Notes under the pieces: generated by a model
Databases searched by the model: none
Seen by the model: the letters and a program-made list of their open reading frames with translations, nothing else
Told to the model about the DNA's origin: nothing
Translations under genes and position numbers: made by a program
Shown: one piece after another, positions 38,850-52,186 of the stretch
Numbering within the stretch: position 1 is the stretch's first letter
Layout: the number at the start of each line of letters is the position of its first letter
Assembly (NCBI RefSeq): GCF_022045235.1
Contig: NW_027266264.1
Span: forward strand, 48,918,001 to 48,982,000
Origin: Haliotis cracherodii
Lineage: Eukaryota
DNA length: 64,000 nucleotides
Direction of reading: 5' to 3'

Positions 38850-40636
38850 GTGTCATCATGTGTCAGTGATAGGTAGGTTCACTGGGAGTCTCTGTGACTT
38901 GTGTCAGTGGCAGGGAGGTTCATTGGGAGGCTCTGTGACATGTGTCAGTGGCAGGGAGGTTCACTGGGAGGCTCTGTGACATGTGGCGATGGGAGGGAGG
39001 TTCACTGGGAGGCTCTGTGACATGTGTCAGTGGCAGGGAGGTTCACTGGGAGGCTCTGTGACATGTGGCGATGGGAGGGAGGTTCAATGGGAGACCCTGT
39101 GACATGTGGCAGTGGTAGGGAGGTTCACTGGGAGGCTCTGTGACATGAGGCAGTTGGGAGGTTCACTGGGAGGCTCTGACATGTGTCAGTGGCAGGAAGG
39201 TTCACTGGGAGGCCTTGTGTCAGTGGCAGGAAGGTTCACTGGGAGGCCCTGTGACATGTGTCAGTGGTAGGTAGGTTCACTGGGAGGCTCTGTGACATGT
39301 GGCAGTTGTAGGGAGGTTCACTGAGAGGCCCTGTGACATGTGGCGATGGGAGGGAGGTTCACTGGGAGGCCCTGTGACATGTGGCAGTGGTAGGGAGGTT
39401 CACTGAGAGGCCCTGTGACATGTGTCAGTGGTAGGTAGGTTCACTGGGAGGCTCTGTGACATGTGGCAGTTGTAGGGAGGTTCACTGAGAGGCCCTGTGA
39501 CATGTGGCGATGGGAGGGAGGTTCACTGGGAGGCCCTGTGACATGTGGCAGTGGTAGGGAGGTTCACTGGGAGGCTCTGTGACATGTAGCAGTTGTAGGG
39601 AGGTTCACTGAGAGGCCCTGTGACATGTGGCGATGGGAGGGAGGTTCACTGGGAGGCCCTGTGACATGTGGCAGTGGTAGGGAGGTTCACTGGGAGGCTC
39701 TTTGACATGTGGCGATGGTAGGGTGGGTCACTGGGAGGCCTTGTGTCAGTGGTAGGGAGGTTCACTGGGAGGCCCTGTGACATGTGTCCGTGGTAGGGAG
39801 GTTCACTGGGAGGCTCTGTGACATGCGACAGTGGTAGGTAGGTTCACTGGGAGGCCCTGTGACATGTGGTGATGGGAGGGAGGTTCACTGGGAGGCTCCG
39901 TGACATGCGACAGTGGTAGGTTCACTGGGAGGCCCTGTGACATGCGACAGTGGTAGGGAGGGTCACTGGGAGGCCCTGTGACATGTGGCGATGGGAGGGA
40001 GGTTCACTGGGAGGCCCTGTGACATGTGGTGATGGGAGGGAGGTTCACTGGGAGGCTCTGTGACATGCGACAGTGGTAGATAGGTTAACTGGGAGGCTCT
40101 GTGACATTTGGCGATGGGAGGGAGGTTAACTGGGAGGCTCTGTGACTTGGCAATGGGAGGGAGGTTCACTGGGAGGCTCTGTGACATGCGACAGTGGTAG
40201 GGAGGTTCACTGGGAGGCCCTGTGACATGTGGCGATGGGAGGGAGGTTCACTGGGAGGCTCTGTGACATGTGACAGTGGTAGGTAGGTTCACTGGGAGGC
40301 CCTGTGACATGTGGCGATGGGAGGGAGGTTCACTGGGAGGCCCTGTGACATGTGGCGATGGGAGGGAGGTTCACTGGGAGGCTATGTGAAGTGTCAGTGG
40401 CAGGGAGGTTCACTGGGAGGCTCTGTGACATGTGGCAGTTGTAGGGTGGGTCACTGGGAGGCTCTGTGACATGCGAGTGGTAGGTAGGTTCACTGGGAGG
40501 CCCTGTGACATGTGGCGATGGGAGGGAGGTTCACTGGGAGGCTCTGTGACATGCAACAGTGGTAGGTAGGTTCACTTGGAGGCCCTGTGACATGCGACAG
40601 TGGTAGGGAGGCTCACTGGGAGGCTCTGTGACATGT
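38850..40636 (+). repeat. 41-bp G-rich minisatellite, about 43 copies
   Basis: GGAGGTTCACTGGGAGGCTCTGTGACATGTGGCAGTGGTAG. Confidence 0.97.
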
Positions 40637-41242
40637 ATACAAGACCCAAGCCTGTAGAATGTTGGTTATCAGTCTGCTTGGATAGTCATCCATAACAGAA
40701 ACATCCCTTAGTTCCCACTCCCTGTGACAATGGCCACGTGGCAAAATACCTACACCCTGACCAACCTTGGTGAGAGTTCTAGGAGGAACTGTACCCCTCA
40801 ACAGGTGCCCAACAAATGCAACACCAGCAAGCTGACGACTGGAGGTCGTAAGGTTGTCAGGCGCTTAATACATACACAAACACAAAGAGTAATATTTGGT
40901 CCAGACAATCTGGAATAGTAGCCTCAGATGTAACAGTGGAAAAGAGGCAACCATTATTTTATTGCTTTTGCTCCTTTGCATCCCAGGCAGTGTTTCTGTT
41001 GCTTTGCTTACATTAAAACCGTGGTTCTAGGTGCCGGCCTAAGCAGTAACAGATGGGAAAATATGGATTCTCCTGATGTTTGAATGTCAAATGGCAGCCA
41101 AAGATTATGTTTATTCTTTCTTTAAAATACTATAGTCTCTGTTAACTTTTCCTTGTATAAACATTGCTTGGCTTATAGGAGATATTTGTGTCCAAAACAT
41201 TGAATTGCAAGGTAATGATTGTCAAAATGTGGTTGATTCCAA

Positions 41243-42305
41243 AGGAATTGGTGATGTACTAGATGCAGAGGAATTGGTGATGGGCTAGATGCAGAGGATT
41301 GGTCATGTACTAGATGCAGAAGAATTGGTGATGGGCTAGATGCAGAGGAATTGGTCATGTACTAGATGCAGAGGAATTGGTGATGGGCTAGATGCAGAGG
41401 AATTGGTGATGGGCTAGATGCAGAGGAATTGGTAATGGGCTAGATGCAGAGGAATTGGTGATGGGCTAGATATGGAGTAATTGGTGATATACTAGATGCA
41501 GAGGAATTCGTGATGTACTAGATGCAGAGGAATTGGTGATGAGCTAGATGCAGAGGAATTGGTGATGGGCTAGATGCAGAGGAATTGGTGATGTACTAGA
41601 TGCAGAGGAATTGGTGATGTACTAGATGCAGAGGAATTGGTGATGGGCTAGATGCAGAGGAATTGGTGATGGGCTAGATATGGAAGAATTGGTGATATAC
41701 TAGACGCAGAGGAATTGGTGATGGGCTAGATGCAGAGGAATTGGTGATGGGCTAGATGCAGAGGAATTGGTGATGGGCTAGATATGGAGGAATTGGTGAT
41801 GGGCTAGATATGGAGGAATTGGTGATATACTAGATGCAGAGGAATTGGTGATGTACTAGATGCAGAGGAATTGGAGATGTACTAGATGCAGAGGAATTGG
41901 TGATGGGCTAGATGCAGAGGAGTTGGTGATGGGCTAGATGCAGAGGAATTGGTGATGTACTAGATGCAGAGGAATTGGTGATGTACTAGATGCAGAGGAA
42001 TTGGTGATGTACTAGATGCAGAGGAATTGGTGATGTACTAGATATGGAGGAATTGGTGATATACTAGATGCAGAGGAATTGGTGATGTACTAGATGCAGA
42101 GGAATTGGTGATGGGCTAGATATGGAGGAATTGGTGATATACTAGATGCAGAGGAATTGGTGATGTACTGGATGCAGAGGAATTGGTGATGTACTAGATG
42201 CAGAGGAATTGGTGATGTACTAGATGCAGAGGAATTGGTGATGTACTAGATGCAGAGGAATTGGAGATGTACTAGATGCAGAGGAATTGGTGATGTACTG
42301 GATGG
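41243..42305 (+). repeat. 26-bp minisatellite, about 41 copies
   Basis: GAGGAATTGGTGATGTACTAGATGCA. Confidence 0.97.
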
Positions 42306-43905
42306 AAACCATTAGACAGACAACAGACCCTATGATCGCACACAGTGCCAATGTCATCCAGGAAATTTAAAAATGTGAACCTAAATTAACTGAAAAAAAT
42401 AACAAATCCTGATTTTTAAAACAGTCTGCAAATCCTGTTAATGAGGCATTGAGTCATTGAGGCAGTCAGCATTTATCAGCTTGGGATTTCTGCTGTGAAA
42501 TATAACAGTTGTTTTTCTGTGGTATCTACTTGACACCTGTTTCAAGCAGCTGAGATCAAGACCAACCGCATAGTGTTGAAACCCAAAACATAAATCCTGA
42601 CAGACGGAAGCATAAAATAGCATAATTTTCACATCAGTGTTTTCTTGTTACTCTAATTACATCAAAGGAACAGATGTAGTCTTCTTTGTTGAATTTCAAG
42701 AATTTTCTAGAAATTGATGGCATAATTTGGCTTGTATGATGAATTATTTGATACAAGGGCCATGTCATCAACTGTATTGAGTAGACAGACAGATCTTCAG
42801 AATTTCTGATGTCATGCTGAATGGAAAAGGTCTTTTTCAGATTTCTTTAACTTGTATGACCACAATATAAAAAACCCCACCTGTTGAACTTATTGAAACA
42901 AAAAATGGTAAGATCAAATAATAAAACGTCATTTATTAATTGAAGATTGCTGAGAATCACCTTTTTTTCAAATATTTTATGAGACATCTCCCAATGTCAG
43001 TTCTGCTTGTTAGATGTCACATTAAAATATATATATTATAACTCCTTTCTTTGCTTTTTTGAGAATATTTTACATTCAACATAAAGTTCACTTTTTGAGG
43101 ACAAATGCTTCTACAACTCTTCTGACAGCCATCATGGGAGTGGGTTGTATTGCTGACAAACTGTATATCACACACTGGAGTGCCAGCTTGACATGCCACA
43201 TAGCCTGCAAAGGAATTTGTTGAGATACAGTACTCCTATAAAGTGTCTGTTTTGAGAAATATGGGACTTGATGGAAGCTGTAGCTGACTGGTTTAGGAGA
43301 GTTTTATTTTTGTAATACCTTTGGAAGGTTGTTTAAGAGAAGAATTCTTTTGCTTTTGTGGAAACATATTCCCATGAGCAGATATATGGGAATTAGTTTT
43401 CTATATTTCAGTCATAAGCGGGACAAGACATGCCCTCATCACATAGCGCTGGACTCGCATGGTCATTATTGTTGTGATGTTTCAGCTGCATGATATAGTG
43501 AAGCAGGCCCACTTCATGTACTCCTATTAATAGCGATGTAAGTGGTTACCCAGGACAGGAGAAAACCTTGTACTATTGTTGTTTCTAGGCTGTACACTGT
43601 CACGTGTGGCACAGCAGAGGGAAAGCTTTTACAATTAATAACTACCTGTCACGGCCCTTAGCCTGACAGGCAAAAACAAGAGATGGTATGCTACCTTGGC
43701 TAAAGTCAGTGTCATATCAGAGTTGGTTGAGAAATTTGAGACAAGTGGCCCTGTTCTTTGAACTCCTGAGGGTTATCAGTGCATGTGTGTTAGTGAGCTG
43801 TGTGGTGGTATGAGAGCAGTGTGGGGGATCATGGATGGAATTGGGTTACTGTAGGGGTAGTGGGGGAGAAAGGATCTTGTGGAGGTAGTGAGGTCAGTGT
43901 GGAGG

Positions 43906-44238
43906 TCTAGACCAGAGTACAGATGTGGCAACCTATGAACTGACTCTGGACCAGAGTACAGATGTGGCAACCTTTCAACTGACTCTGGACCAGAGTACAG
44001 ATGTGGCAACCTTTCAACTGACTCTGGACCAGAGTACAGATGTGGCAACCTTTCAACTGACTCTGGACCAGAGTACAGATGTGGCAACCTTTCAACTGAC
44101 TCTGGACCAGAGTACAGATGTGGCAACCTTTCAACTGACTCTAGACCAGTGTACAGATGTGGCAACCTATGAACTGACTCTGGACCAGAGTACAGATGTG
44201 GCAACCTTTCAACTGACTGGACCAGTGTACAGATGTGA
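43906..44238 (+). repeat. 39-bp minisatellite, about 8.5 copies
   Basis: TCTGGACCAGAGTACAGATGTGGCAACCTTTCAACTGAC. Confidence 0.96.
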
Positions 44239-44326
44239 TGACAGACAGTTTCCATGTGTACTACTAGCGGCCAGCATGTCTGATTGTTTAGTCAAGGATG
44301 TATACATGACAGTGTAGAACACACAC

Positions 44327-46032
44327 TAGCTGGGGTGTGCAGATTCCCTCCTGCACAGTGACGTGGCAGGACTAGAGACTCAGACCCATGCTGTGTGTAG
44401 CTGGGGTGTACAGGTCCCCTCCTGCACAGTGACGTGGCAGGACTAGAGACTCAGACCCATGCTGTGTGTAGTTGGGATGTGCAGATTCCCTCCTGCACAG
44501 TGACGTGGCAGGACTGGAGACTCAGACCCATGCTGCGTGTAGCTGGGGTGTACAGGTCCCCTCCTGCGCAGTGACGTGGCAGGACTAGAGACTCAGTCCC
44601 ATGCTGCGTGTAGCTGGGGTGTGCAGATTCCCTCCTGCACAGTGACGTGGCAGGACTGGAGACTCAGACCCATGCTGTGTGTAGCTGGGGTGTGCAGATT
44701 CCCTCCTGCACAGTGACGTGGCAGGACTGGAGACTCAGACCCATGCTGTGTGTAGCTGGGGTGTGCAGATTCCCTCCTGCACAGTGACGTGGCAGGACTA
44801 GAGACTCAGTCCCATGCTGTGTGTAGCTGGGGTGTGCAGATTCCCTCCTGCACAGTGACGTGGCAGTACTGGAGACTCAGTCCCATGCTGTGTGTAGCTG
44901 GGGTGTGCAGATTCCCTCCTGCACAGTGACGTGGCAGGACTGGAGACTCAGACCCATGCTGCGTGTAGCTGGGGTGTACAGGTCCCCTCCTGCGCAGTGA
45001 CGTGGCAGGACTAGAGACTCAGTCCCATGCTGCGTGTAGCTGGGGTGTGCAGATTCCCTCCTGCACAGTGACGTGGCAGGACTGGAGACTCAGACCCATG
45101 CTGTGTGTAGCTGGGGTGTGCAGATTCCCTCCTGCACAGTGACGTGGCAGGACTGGAGACTCAGACCCATGCTGTGTGTAGCTGGGGTGTGCAGATTCCC
45201 TCCTGCACAGTGACGTGGCAGGACTAGAGACTCAGTCCCATGCTGTGTGTAGCTGGGGTGTGCAGATTCCCTCCTGCACAGTGACGTGGCAGTACTGGAG
45301 GCTCAGTCCCATGCTGTGTGTAGCTGGGGTGTGCAGATTCCCTCCTGCACAGTGACGTGGCAGGACTGGAGACTCAGTCCCATGCTGTGTGTAGCTGGGG
45401 TGTGCAGATTCCCTCCTGCACAGTGACGTGGCAGGACTGGAGACTCAGTCCCATGCTGTGTGTAGCTGGGGTGTGCAGGTCCCCTCCTGCACAGTGACGT
45501 GGCTGGACTGGAGACTCAGTCCCATGCTGTGTGTAGCTGGGGTGTACAGGTCCCTTCCTGCGCAGTGACGTGGCAGGACTGGAGACTCAGTCCCATGCTG
45601 TGTGTAGCTGGGGTGTGCAGGTCCCCTCCTGCGCAGTGACATGGCAGGACTGGAGACTCAGACCCATGCTGTGTGTAGCTGGGGTGTGCAGGTCCCCTCC
45701 TGCACAGTGACGTGGCAGGACTGGAGACTCAGTCCCATGCTGTGTGTAGCTGGGGTGTGCAGGTCCCCTCCTGCGCAGTGACATGGCAGGACTGGAGACT
45801 CAGACCCATGCTGTGTGTAGCTGGGGTGTGCAGGTCCCCTCCTGCTCTGTGACGTGGCAGGACTAGAGACTCAGACCCATGCTGCGTGTAGCTGGGGTGT
45901 GCAGGTCCCCTCCTGCACAGTGACGTGGCAGGACTGGAGACACAGACCCATGCTGTGTGTAGCTGGGGTGTGCAGGTCCCCTCCTGCACAGCGACGTGGC
46001 AGGACTGGAGACTCAGACCCATGCTGTGTGTA
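44327..46032 (+). repeat. 71-bp minisatellite, about 24 copies
   Basis: GTAGCTGGGGTGTGCAGATTCCCTCCTGCACAGTGACGTGGCAGGACTGGAGACTCAGACCCATGCTGTGT. A 426-bp (6-unit) duplication is visible. Confidence 0.97.
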
Positions 46033-46741
46033 TATGTAGCCTGTAAGTGGAGGAAGTATTGGGCACAGCTCTAAGTGGGATACTTACAACAAGGAGCAGT
46101 TTTATACATATGCTCGGTGTGGATCAGATTCATTCTTTGAAAAATGTTGATTAAACTTCTATCGTGTGACATGCTTGAAGTAAACATGATACTCAAACTT
46201 TAGGTATCTGGTATCTGCTTGTCTTATGTTATGAAGAGATCAGTCTAAAAACAAAAAAACTCACTCTTCCTGAACACTAAACACACACCGCATACATCCG
46301 TCAAGGATTTATTGTGGAAAACAGTCACAAGAATCACGATACAGTGATGACAGTCTTCCAGCACATTAAATCCTTTGAGACTACACATACCAACTATCCA
46401 ATACATCAACGAACCATTTGCCAGTGCTTATACATAAAAACATGTTGCACAGTGGCCCTGACATTGAAAGTTAAGGCATGAAATTGGCTGACCCAAGGAT
46501 CTTAAGTCTTGCCATCAATAAAGGTGTTGGTTGTATATAAATGTATTGTGGTCCATTGAGGACCTATTGGCCATTATTAAGGTTGCTATGTATGTTGTCA
46601 GACTCTTGTCAAAGTAGGGCACTGTCATTTCACATGGACTATTGTTCCCCAGCCAGAATGGGACAGAATAGGGAGCCTGGACACCATCCTTGTCGGGGAT
46701 TGGGTCGTCCAGGTAGTAACAAGAACTGCTGAAGGTGAACT

Positions 46742-46960
46742 GTAGTTAAACCATGGCTCTTTTGTCTTTGACCGTGGTTTAACTAACTGAATTGTTAGTA
46801 ACTGAATTGTTAGTTAAACACCACTTGGCAGTGACGGAACTTCTTCTTTCCCATATCATTTATCTTGATGATAAAACAATTTTATGAAAAATGTTTGTTA
46901 TCAGCGGGATTCAAACCTGCAAACTTAGCACCGAAGGCTGACGAATGTAGTCTTCTGCCA
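46742..46960. mobile_element. Unclassified repeat with short inverted repeats and a minus-strand B-box
   Basis: TAGTTAAACCATGG / CCGTGGTTTAACTA inverted pair, duplicated AACTGAATTGTTAGT, and GCGGGATTCAAACC (reverse complement of a B-box). Confidence 0.35.
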
Positions 46961-47232
46961 CAGCAACATGGGAGAAATGGTATGAAATTAACAACTGAAT
47001 ATTTACTTACATCAATACCAATTGCTTATCCCTTTATGAACTGTGAAATGTGTTTTATGCATTTTTTATACAGTGTGTTATGCAATGCATTCTAGTATTT
47101 GTACAGTACTTGTGATTTTGTAGATTTTTGTTCAATGAAACAAACAGATAGAAAATAATTTACTATTATCTTGATTAGGGCTATGTTTGCTCATTATAGG
47201 CACATCAACATGGGCAAGTAATATTTAGGTTA

Positions 47233-47672
47233 CCGTATTTTCTTGAGTATAGTGCGCACCCATGTATAAAGCGCACCCCCTTCTAGCGGGTTCAATATTT
47301 TGGAAAAAAAAAAATTTGAACATTATACGCAGAAAAAAATTACACAGTACCCTTTCGGCGAAGTCCGGCAAATGAACGGGTGATGAAAAACTTTGTCACT
47401 ACAAATTCGAAATTTGAGATAAAAAATCACCAGACATGTTTATTTACCGTTTAAATAGTATTTATTGTTCTGCTAGGCATTGTTTCATATCCAGGCATTA
47501 AGATTACCTTGTGTATTTTCTCGTAAACTAAGCCGGAAACAGCAATCAGCTGTACACATGTTTTCTTGGAATCAACCGGTGATTCGGTCAAACACACCCA
47601 ATGATATAACTTTATTTCTACACAGCTTCGTTTTTTGGAAAAAAAGTGCGCACTATACTCAAGAAAATACGG
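47233..47672 (+). mobile_element. Complete Tc2/pogo-type MITE, 440 bp
   Basis: Perfect 27-bp TIRs CCGTATTTTCTTGAGTATAGTGCGCAC with a TA duplication on both sides. Confidence 0.95.
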
Positions 47673-47846
47673 TACTGATAAATGTACTTGAGTTGGTCCA
47701 AAAGGAATGGTATACTTGCCCCGGGACATGCATTTCATAACCCAAATCGGCAAAATCGGCATAGAGTTCCTGAATATCTTTCAAATTACCTTTCACAAAA
47801 CAATGTTTTTTGAGCATTTTAGGTGCCATTAATATTGGACATGGTT

Positions 47847-47982
47847 TAAGTATGTTAGACCACTCGGACCCCAGTGTCTAATCGTTGAAATGGTTAATTA
47901 AACAACTCAGCACTGCGTGCCTTGTGGTTTAATACGATTTTAACGATTAGTCACTGGGTCCTCATGATCTAACTTATACTTA
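47847..47982. repeat. Imperfect long inverted repeat (about 45-60-bp arms)
   Basis: TAAGTATGTTAGACCA...GGACCCCAGTGTCTAATCGTT versus AACGATTAGTCACTGGGTCC...GATCTAACTTATACTTA. Confidence 0.75.
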
Positions 47983-48494
47983 TATCAGTGACAACAAGAG
48001 AAGACTGACTTTCAGATGTGACCTCCCTCCCTCACACCCACTCACTCCCACTGGCTTGCTCCCTCATTTTGAGAGTTGCTGTGGATCAGCATGACATTAC
48101 TGAGTCTATAGTTTTATGGCATTTTTTACAGCACAGTCTAACCTGAATGTAACATATGATGTCCATGCCCCTCATGCATAAGGGAGTTGACATTATCCCA
48201 TAACATGGTGGCATTTTAAAAAGTTAATTGTGAGATGAGGGTTATTTGTCATTGTTTCGGTGGAAAGGGTATAGAACGGTAAGATGGATGCGATAGGATG
48301 TTGAAGAGGCCTGACTCTGGTGGGTAGGTACCTCCTGGAAATGGCAGGATTAGCAGCAGTTGAGTTCAAAAATACATTTAGAAGACATTCACACAGGAAT
48401 TTGTGATACCAAATTCAAACAATGACTACCCCATCTGTACCTTGTGAACAATATAGTCAAAGTTGAACAGATTTGAGATGGAACCAGATTATAT

Positions 48495-48633
48495 TTGTTC
48501 TTTTTTTTATTGTTTATCGCCACACTCAGCAATATTTCAGCTTTTTGACAGTGGTCTGTTATTAATTGAGTCTTCACCAGACAATTCAGTGATTGACTTC
48601 ATGAGCATTGATCTACGCAATTAGGATACAATA
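48495..48633 (-). mobile_element. SINE family B 3' half, degraded
   Basis: CACTCAGCAATATTTCAGCT...CCAGACAATTCAGTGATTGAC. Confidence 0.8.
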
Positions 48634-48663
48634 ACCAGTATCTGCCCTTGGCGCTGGTGTAAC

Positions 48664-49553
48664 TTGTTGTTCCCGTATCATGTAGGTTGTGAAGCCGGTG
48701 TTTTTCCTGTATCACGTAGGTTGTGAAGCCGGTGTTGTTCCCGTATCATGTAGGTTGTGAAGCCGATGTTGTTCCTGTATTGTGTAGGTTGTGAAGCCGA
48801 TGTTGTTCTTGTATCCTGTAGGTTGTGAAGCCGGTGTTTTTCCTGTATCACGTAGGTTATGAAGCCGGTGTTGTTCCCGTATCATGTAGGTTGTGAAGCC
48901 GGTGTTGTTCCCATATCATGTAGGTTGTGAAGCCAGTGTTGTTCCCGTATCGTGTAGGTTGTGAAGCCAGTGTTGTTCCCGTATCATGTAGGTTGTGAAG
49001 CCGATGTTGTTCCTGTATCCAGTAGGTTATGAAGCCGGTGTTGTTCCCGTATCATGTAGGTTGTGAAGCCGGTGTTGTTCCCGTATCGTGTAGGTTGTGA
49101 AGCCGGTGTTGTTCCCGTATCGTGTAGGTTGTGAAGCCGGTGTTGTTCCTGTATCCTGTAGGTTGTGAAGCCGGTGTTGTTTCCTGTATCATCTAGGTTG
49201 TGAAGCCGGTGTTTTTCCTGTATCACGTAGGTTGTGAAGCTGGTGTTGTTCCCGTATCGTGTAGGTTGTGAAGCCGGTGTTGTTCCTGTATCGTGTAGGT
49301 TGTGAAGCCGATGTTGTTCCTGTATCATGTAGGTTGTGAAGCCAGTGTTGTTCCTGTATCATGTAGGTTGTGAAGCCAGTGTTGTTCCTGTATCATGTAG
49401 GTTGTGAAGCCGGTGTTGTTCCTGTATCGTGTAGGTTGTGAAGCCGATGTTGTTCCCGTATCGTCTAGGTTGTGAAGCCAGTGTTGTTGCTATATTCTGT
49501 AGGTTGTGAGGCTGATGTTGTTCCTGTACCATGTAGGTTGTGAAGCCGCTGTT
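48664..49553 (+). repeat. 34-bp minisatellite, about 26 copies
   Basis: GTGTTGTTCCCGTATCATGTAGGTTGTGAAGCCG. Confidence 0.97.
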
Positions 49554-49849
49554 GTCAGGTGTGGGTTGGTAGATCCTCCTTACACATGCCTCAGCCAGGT
49601 AATAATTACCTGCTATCTCATATCACAGCTTTGTGTTTGTAGCTTGATGTTTGTTCAAACTTCAAATAGCTCTATGATTCATCTGTCTAAGAATCCGATT
49701 GAGCGAAAGAAGTTAAAAAAACAGGAACATTGTGTTTTTTAAGTAACGAAGACACCAAATGCTGCATGCTTTAGAGTTTGAAAAAAGATTAGAATAGTTG
49801 TTTATGATTCATAGTGTGAAAAAAGATTTATCGAGTGTTATGTGCAGTA

Positions 49850-50770
49850 AAAAAAACACATCTTATCCCTTCAGAGTATTTGGGTGAACGAACAGGTATG
49901 ACAATCTTGTATGAAAATTGATATTAAACATCACTAGACATGATGATTTACCAATTAGATTGTATTTCCTGGTCTCCAAGGCATGGTTTTATATGCAGAG
50001 ATTAAGATTACCGTGTGTATTTTATCAAAAGCTAAGCCGGAAATTGCTATCAGCTGTACACACGTTTTCAGTTAAAAAGTACCCAATGATACAACTTAAA
50101 GACTTTTGATGCTAAGGTCGGAAGCAATTGTATCAGAAGTTATTATTTTATCAGGAAGAATATATTCCAATATTGTGTTATTTTCGTAAACTTAGCACTT
50201 TGGTACAGCTGATTGCTATTGCAGGATATTTTTTACGTATGGAACAATCTGTCCAGTCAATGTTGGGACTTCCCATGTTACATATATTTTGATTGTGAAA
50301 ACTTTATGTTGACGTATCATAATCAACTTGCCACAAATATGCCTATTGATGAATCAAAGTATGGCATATATGATATATTTATCCATTCTCTGGCAACTGA
50401 AGTTTGTTTCAAGGCATTACTAACGATAATCTGACAATGGTTGCTGTAAACACACACGATTTCACTGAAATTAATGTAAACAATATTGAATGAAATTTTG
50501 AATATTACAAAATATTACAAACATAAGTCCAGCTATACAATGGACACGTTTTTATAACCAGATGGTATAAAAATGGGATTAAATTGTGTACTTAGTTTGG
50601 ATTTGTTGACTCGTATTTCCATTGTTACGTGCTTGCGGTGATCAGCTGATAATGTTTTTTTGAGATGGGGAAAAACATAGTGTCAGTGTGAAACTTGAGT
50701 TTATTAAAACATGTGCTATATAACCAAGTTAGTGCTATGAAAAAGGGTGCAATAGCAAGGGAACACTGTA
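49850..50770 (+). mobile_element. Old, diverged copy of the Tc2/pogo-like MITE family
   Basis: Colinear blocks shared with 15078-16038 and 47233-47672 (GATTAAGATTACC, CTAAGCCGGAAA, GAATCAAAGTATGGCAT). Boundaries approximate. Confidence 0.75.
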
Positions 50771-51303
50771 TCTGTCTTGATCAAGCTACTTCAGGTGAGT
50801 GTACTGCACTTTAGGCTATCCATATTTTTTTATGTGTTTCATATCTCCAACCTGCTAGGGATTGGACGGGCGAAATTTAGAAGAAGATGTGCCACTGTAG
50901 GAGTATTAAATTGGGGCATAAATTTCAGTGGGGGAGGAACTGAGATGATTTTTCGCAATGAAAAGACAGGGCAGGAAGGAGATGGGAATCACAGAAAAAA
51001 ATATGGATAGCCTTATCACTGCAGGTAATTTTATCAAACTTCTGTCACGTCCAGAGCTCTGTCTTGTAGCAGGGTTCCATACTGATTGTTGAAATCATTT
51101 TGCAAGTCTCTTTGGGTAGATTTCTTGTGATTATGAACTGTCGTGAGAATACAGATTGTCGTAAAAACAGGGATGAAACTTTTGGATAAATTTCTGTGTG
51201 TGGAGAAAATGTTTGTGTATTTTTCATTGACAGCCCTATGCCCTACCTTATAAGGGCATTGAGAGGGTTTCGTCATGGAGTTAGTGGTGAAAGATGTAGT
51301 ATA

Positions 51304-51670
51304 CAGGAAGCAATCTGGATTGTACACACAGTACATGTGGGAATCAGGAAGAAAGTCTAGATTGTACACTCAGTACATGTAGGAGTCAGGAAGTAAGGTT
51401 AGATTGTACTCTCACTACATGTAGGAGTCAGGAAGCAAGTTTAGATTGTACACTCACTAGATGTGGGAGTCAGGAAGCAAGTCTAGATTGTACACTCACT
51501 ACATGTGGGAGTCAGGAAGCAAGTCTAGATTGTACACTCACTACATGTGGGAGTCAGGAAGCAAGTCTAGATTGTACACTCACTATATGTGGGAGTCAGG
51601 AAGCAAGTCTAGATTGTACACTCGCTATATGTGGGAGTCAGGAAGCAAGTCTAGGTTGTACATTCAGTAA
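51304..51670 (+). repeat. 42-bp minisatellite, about 8.5 copies
   Basis: ATGTGGGAGTCAGGAAGCAAGTCTAGATTGTACACTCACTAC. Confidence 0.95.
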
Positions 51671-52186
51671 GTACAGGACAAACATCTGTCTGTCACTCCA
51701 CCGGTGTCTATTGCATTTCCTTGCTCTGCCACTGTACACAGTGTACACAGTGCAGCCGCAATCAGCCCAGGGGTAGACTGTCACCTTCTGTGTTACATGG
51801 TTTGTTGTTACAAGTGAAACCTGGGTCTCCCAGCAAACAGATCTGCTGGTGATAAGCTGCCACTGGGTCATGGAGCCTTGTCATTCAGTCAGTCGGATAT
51901 ACAGCATATGTCCGGACTGGAACATATATACATATATAGTTAGGTTGCAATAAATCTAATAACGTTTTGTCCTCAGTTGTATATTTAGTGTAGTAGGGAG
52001 GTGACAGTATTATGTTAGGTTGGGTCTGCTTGCTGTTGTAACTTACTAACTTTCCTCCTAGGCCAGGTTCACTCCTGAGATCTATTCACCAACAATATAT
52101 ATACATGTACATCACAACTATTGGCAGTGAAATCATGTCACTGTCTTCAGCAAGTCCTGCACATAACTTACAAAAACATTTTCAGA

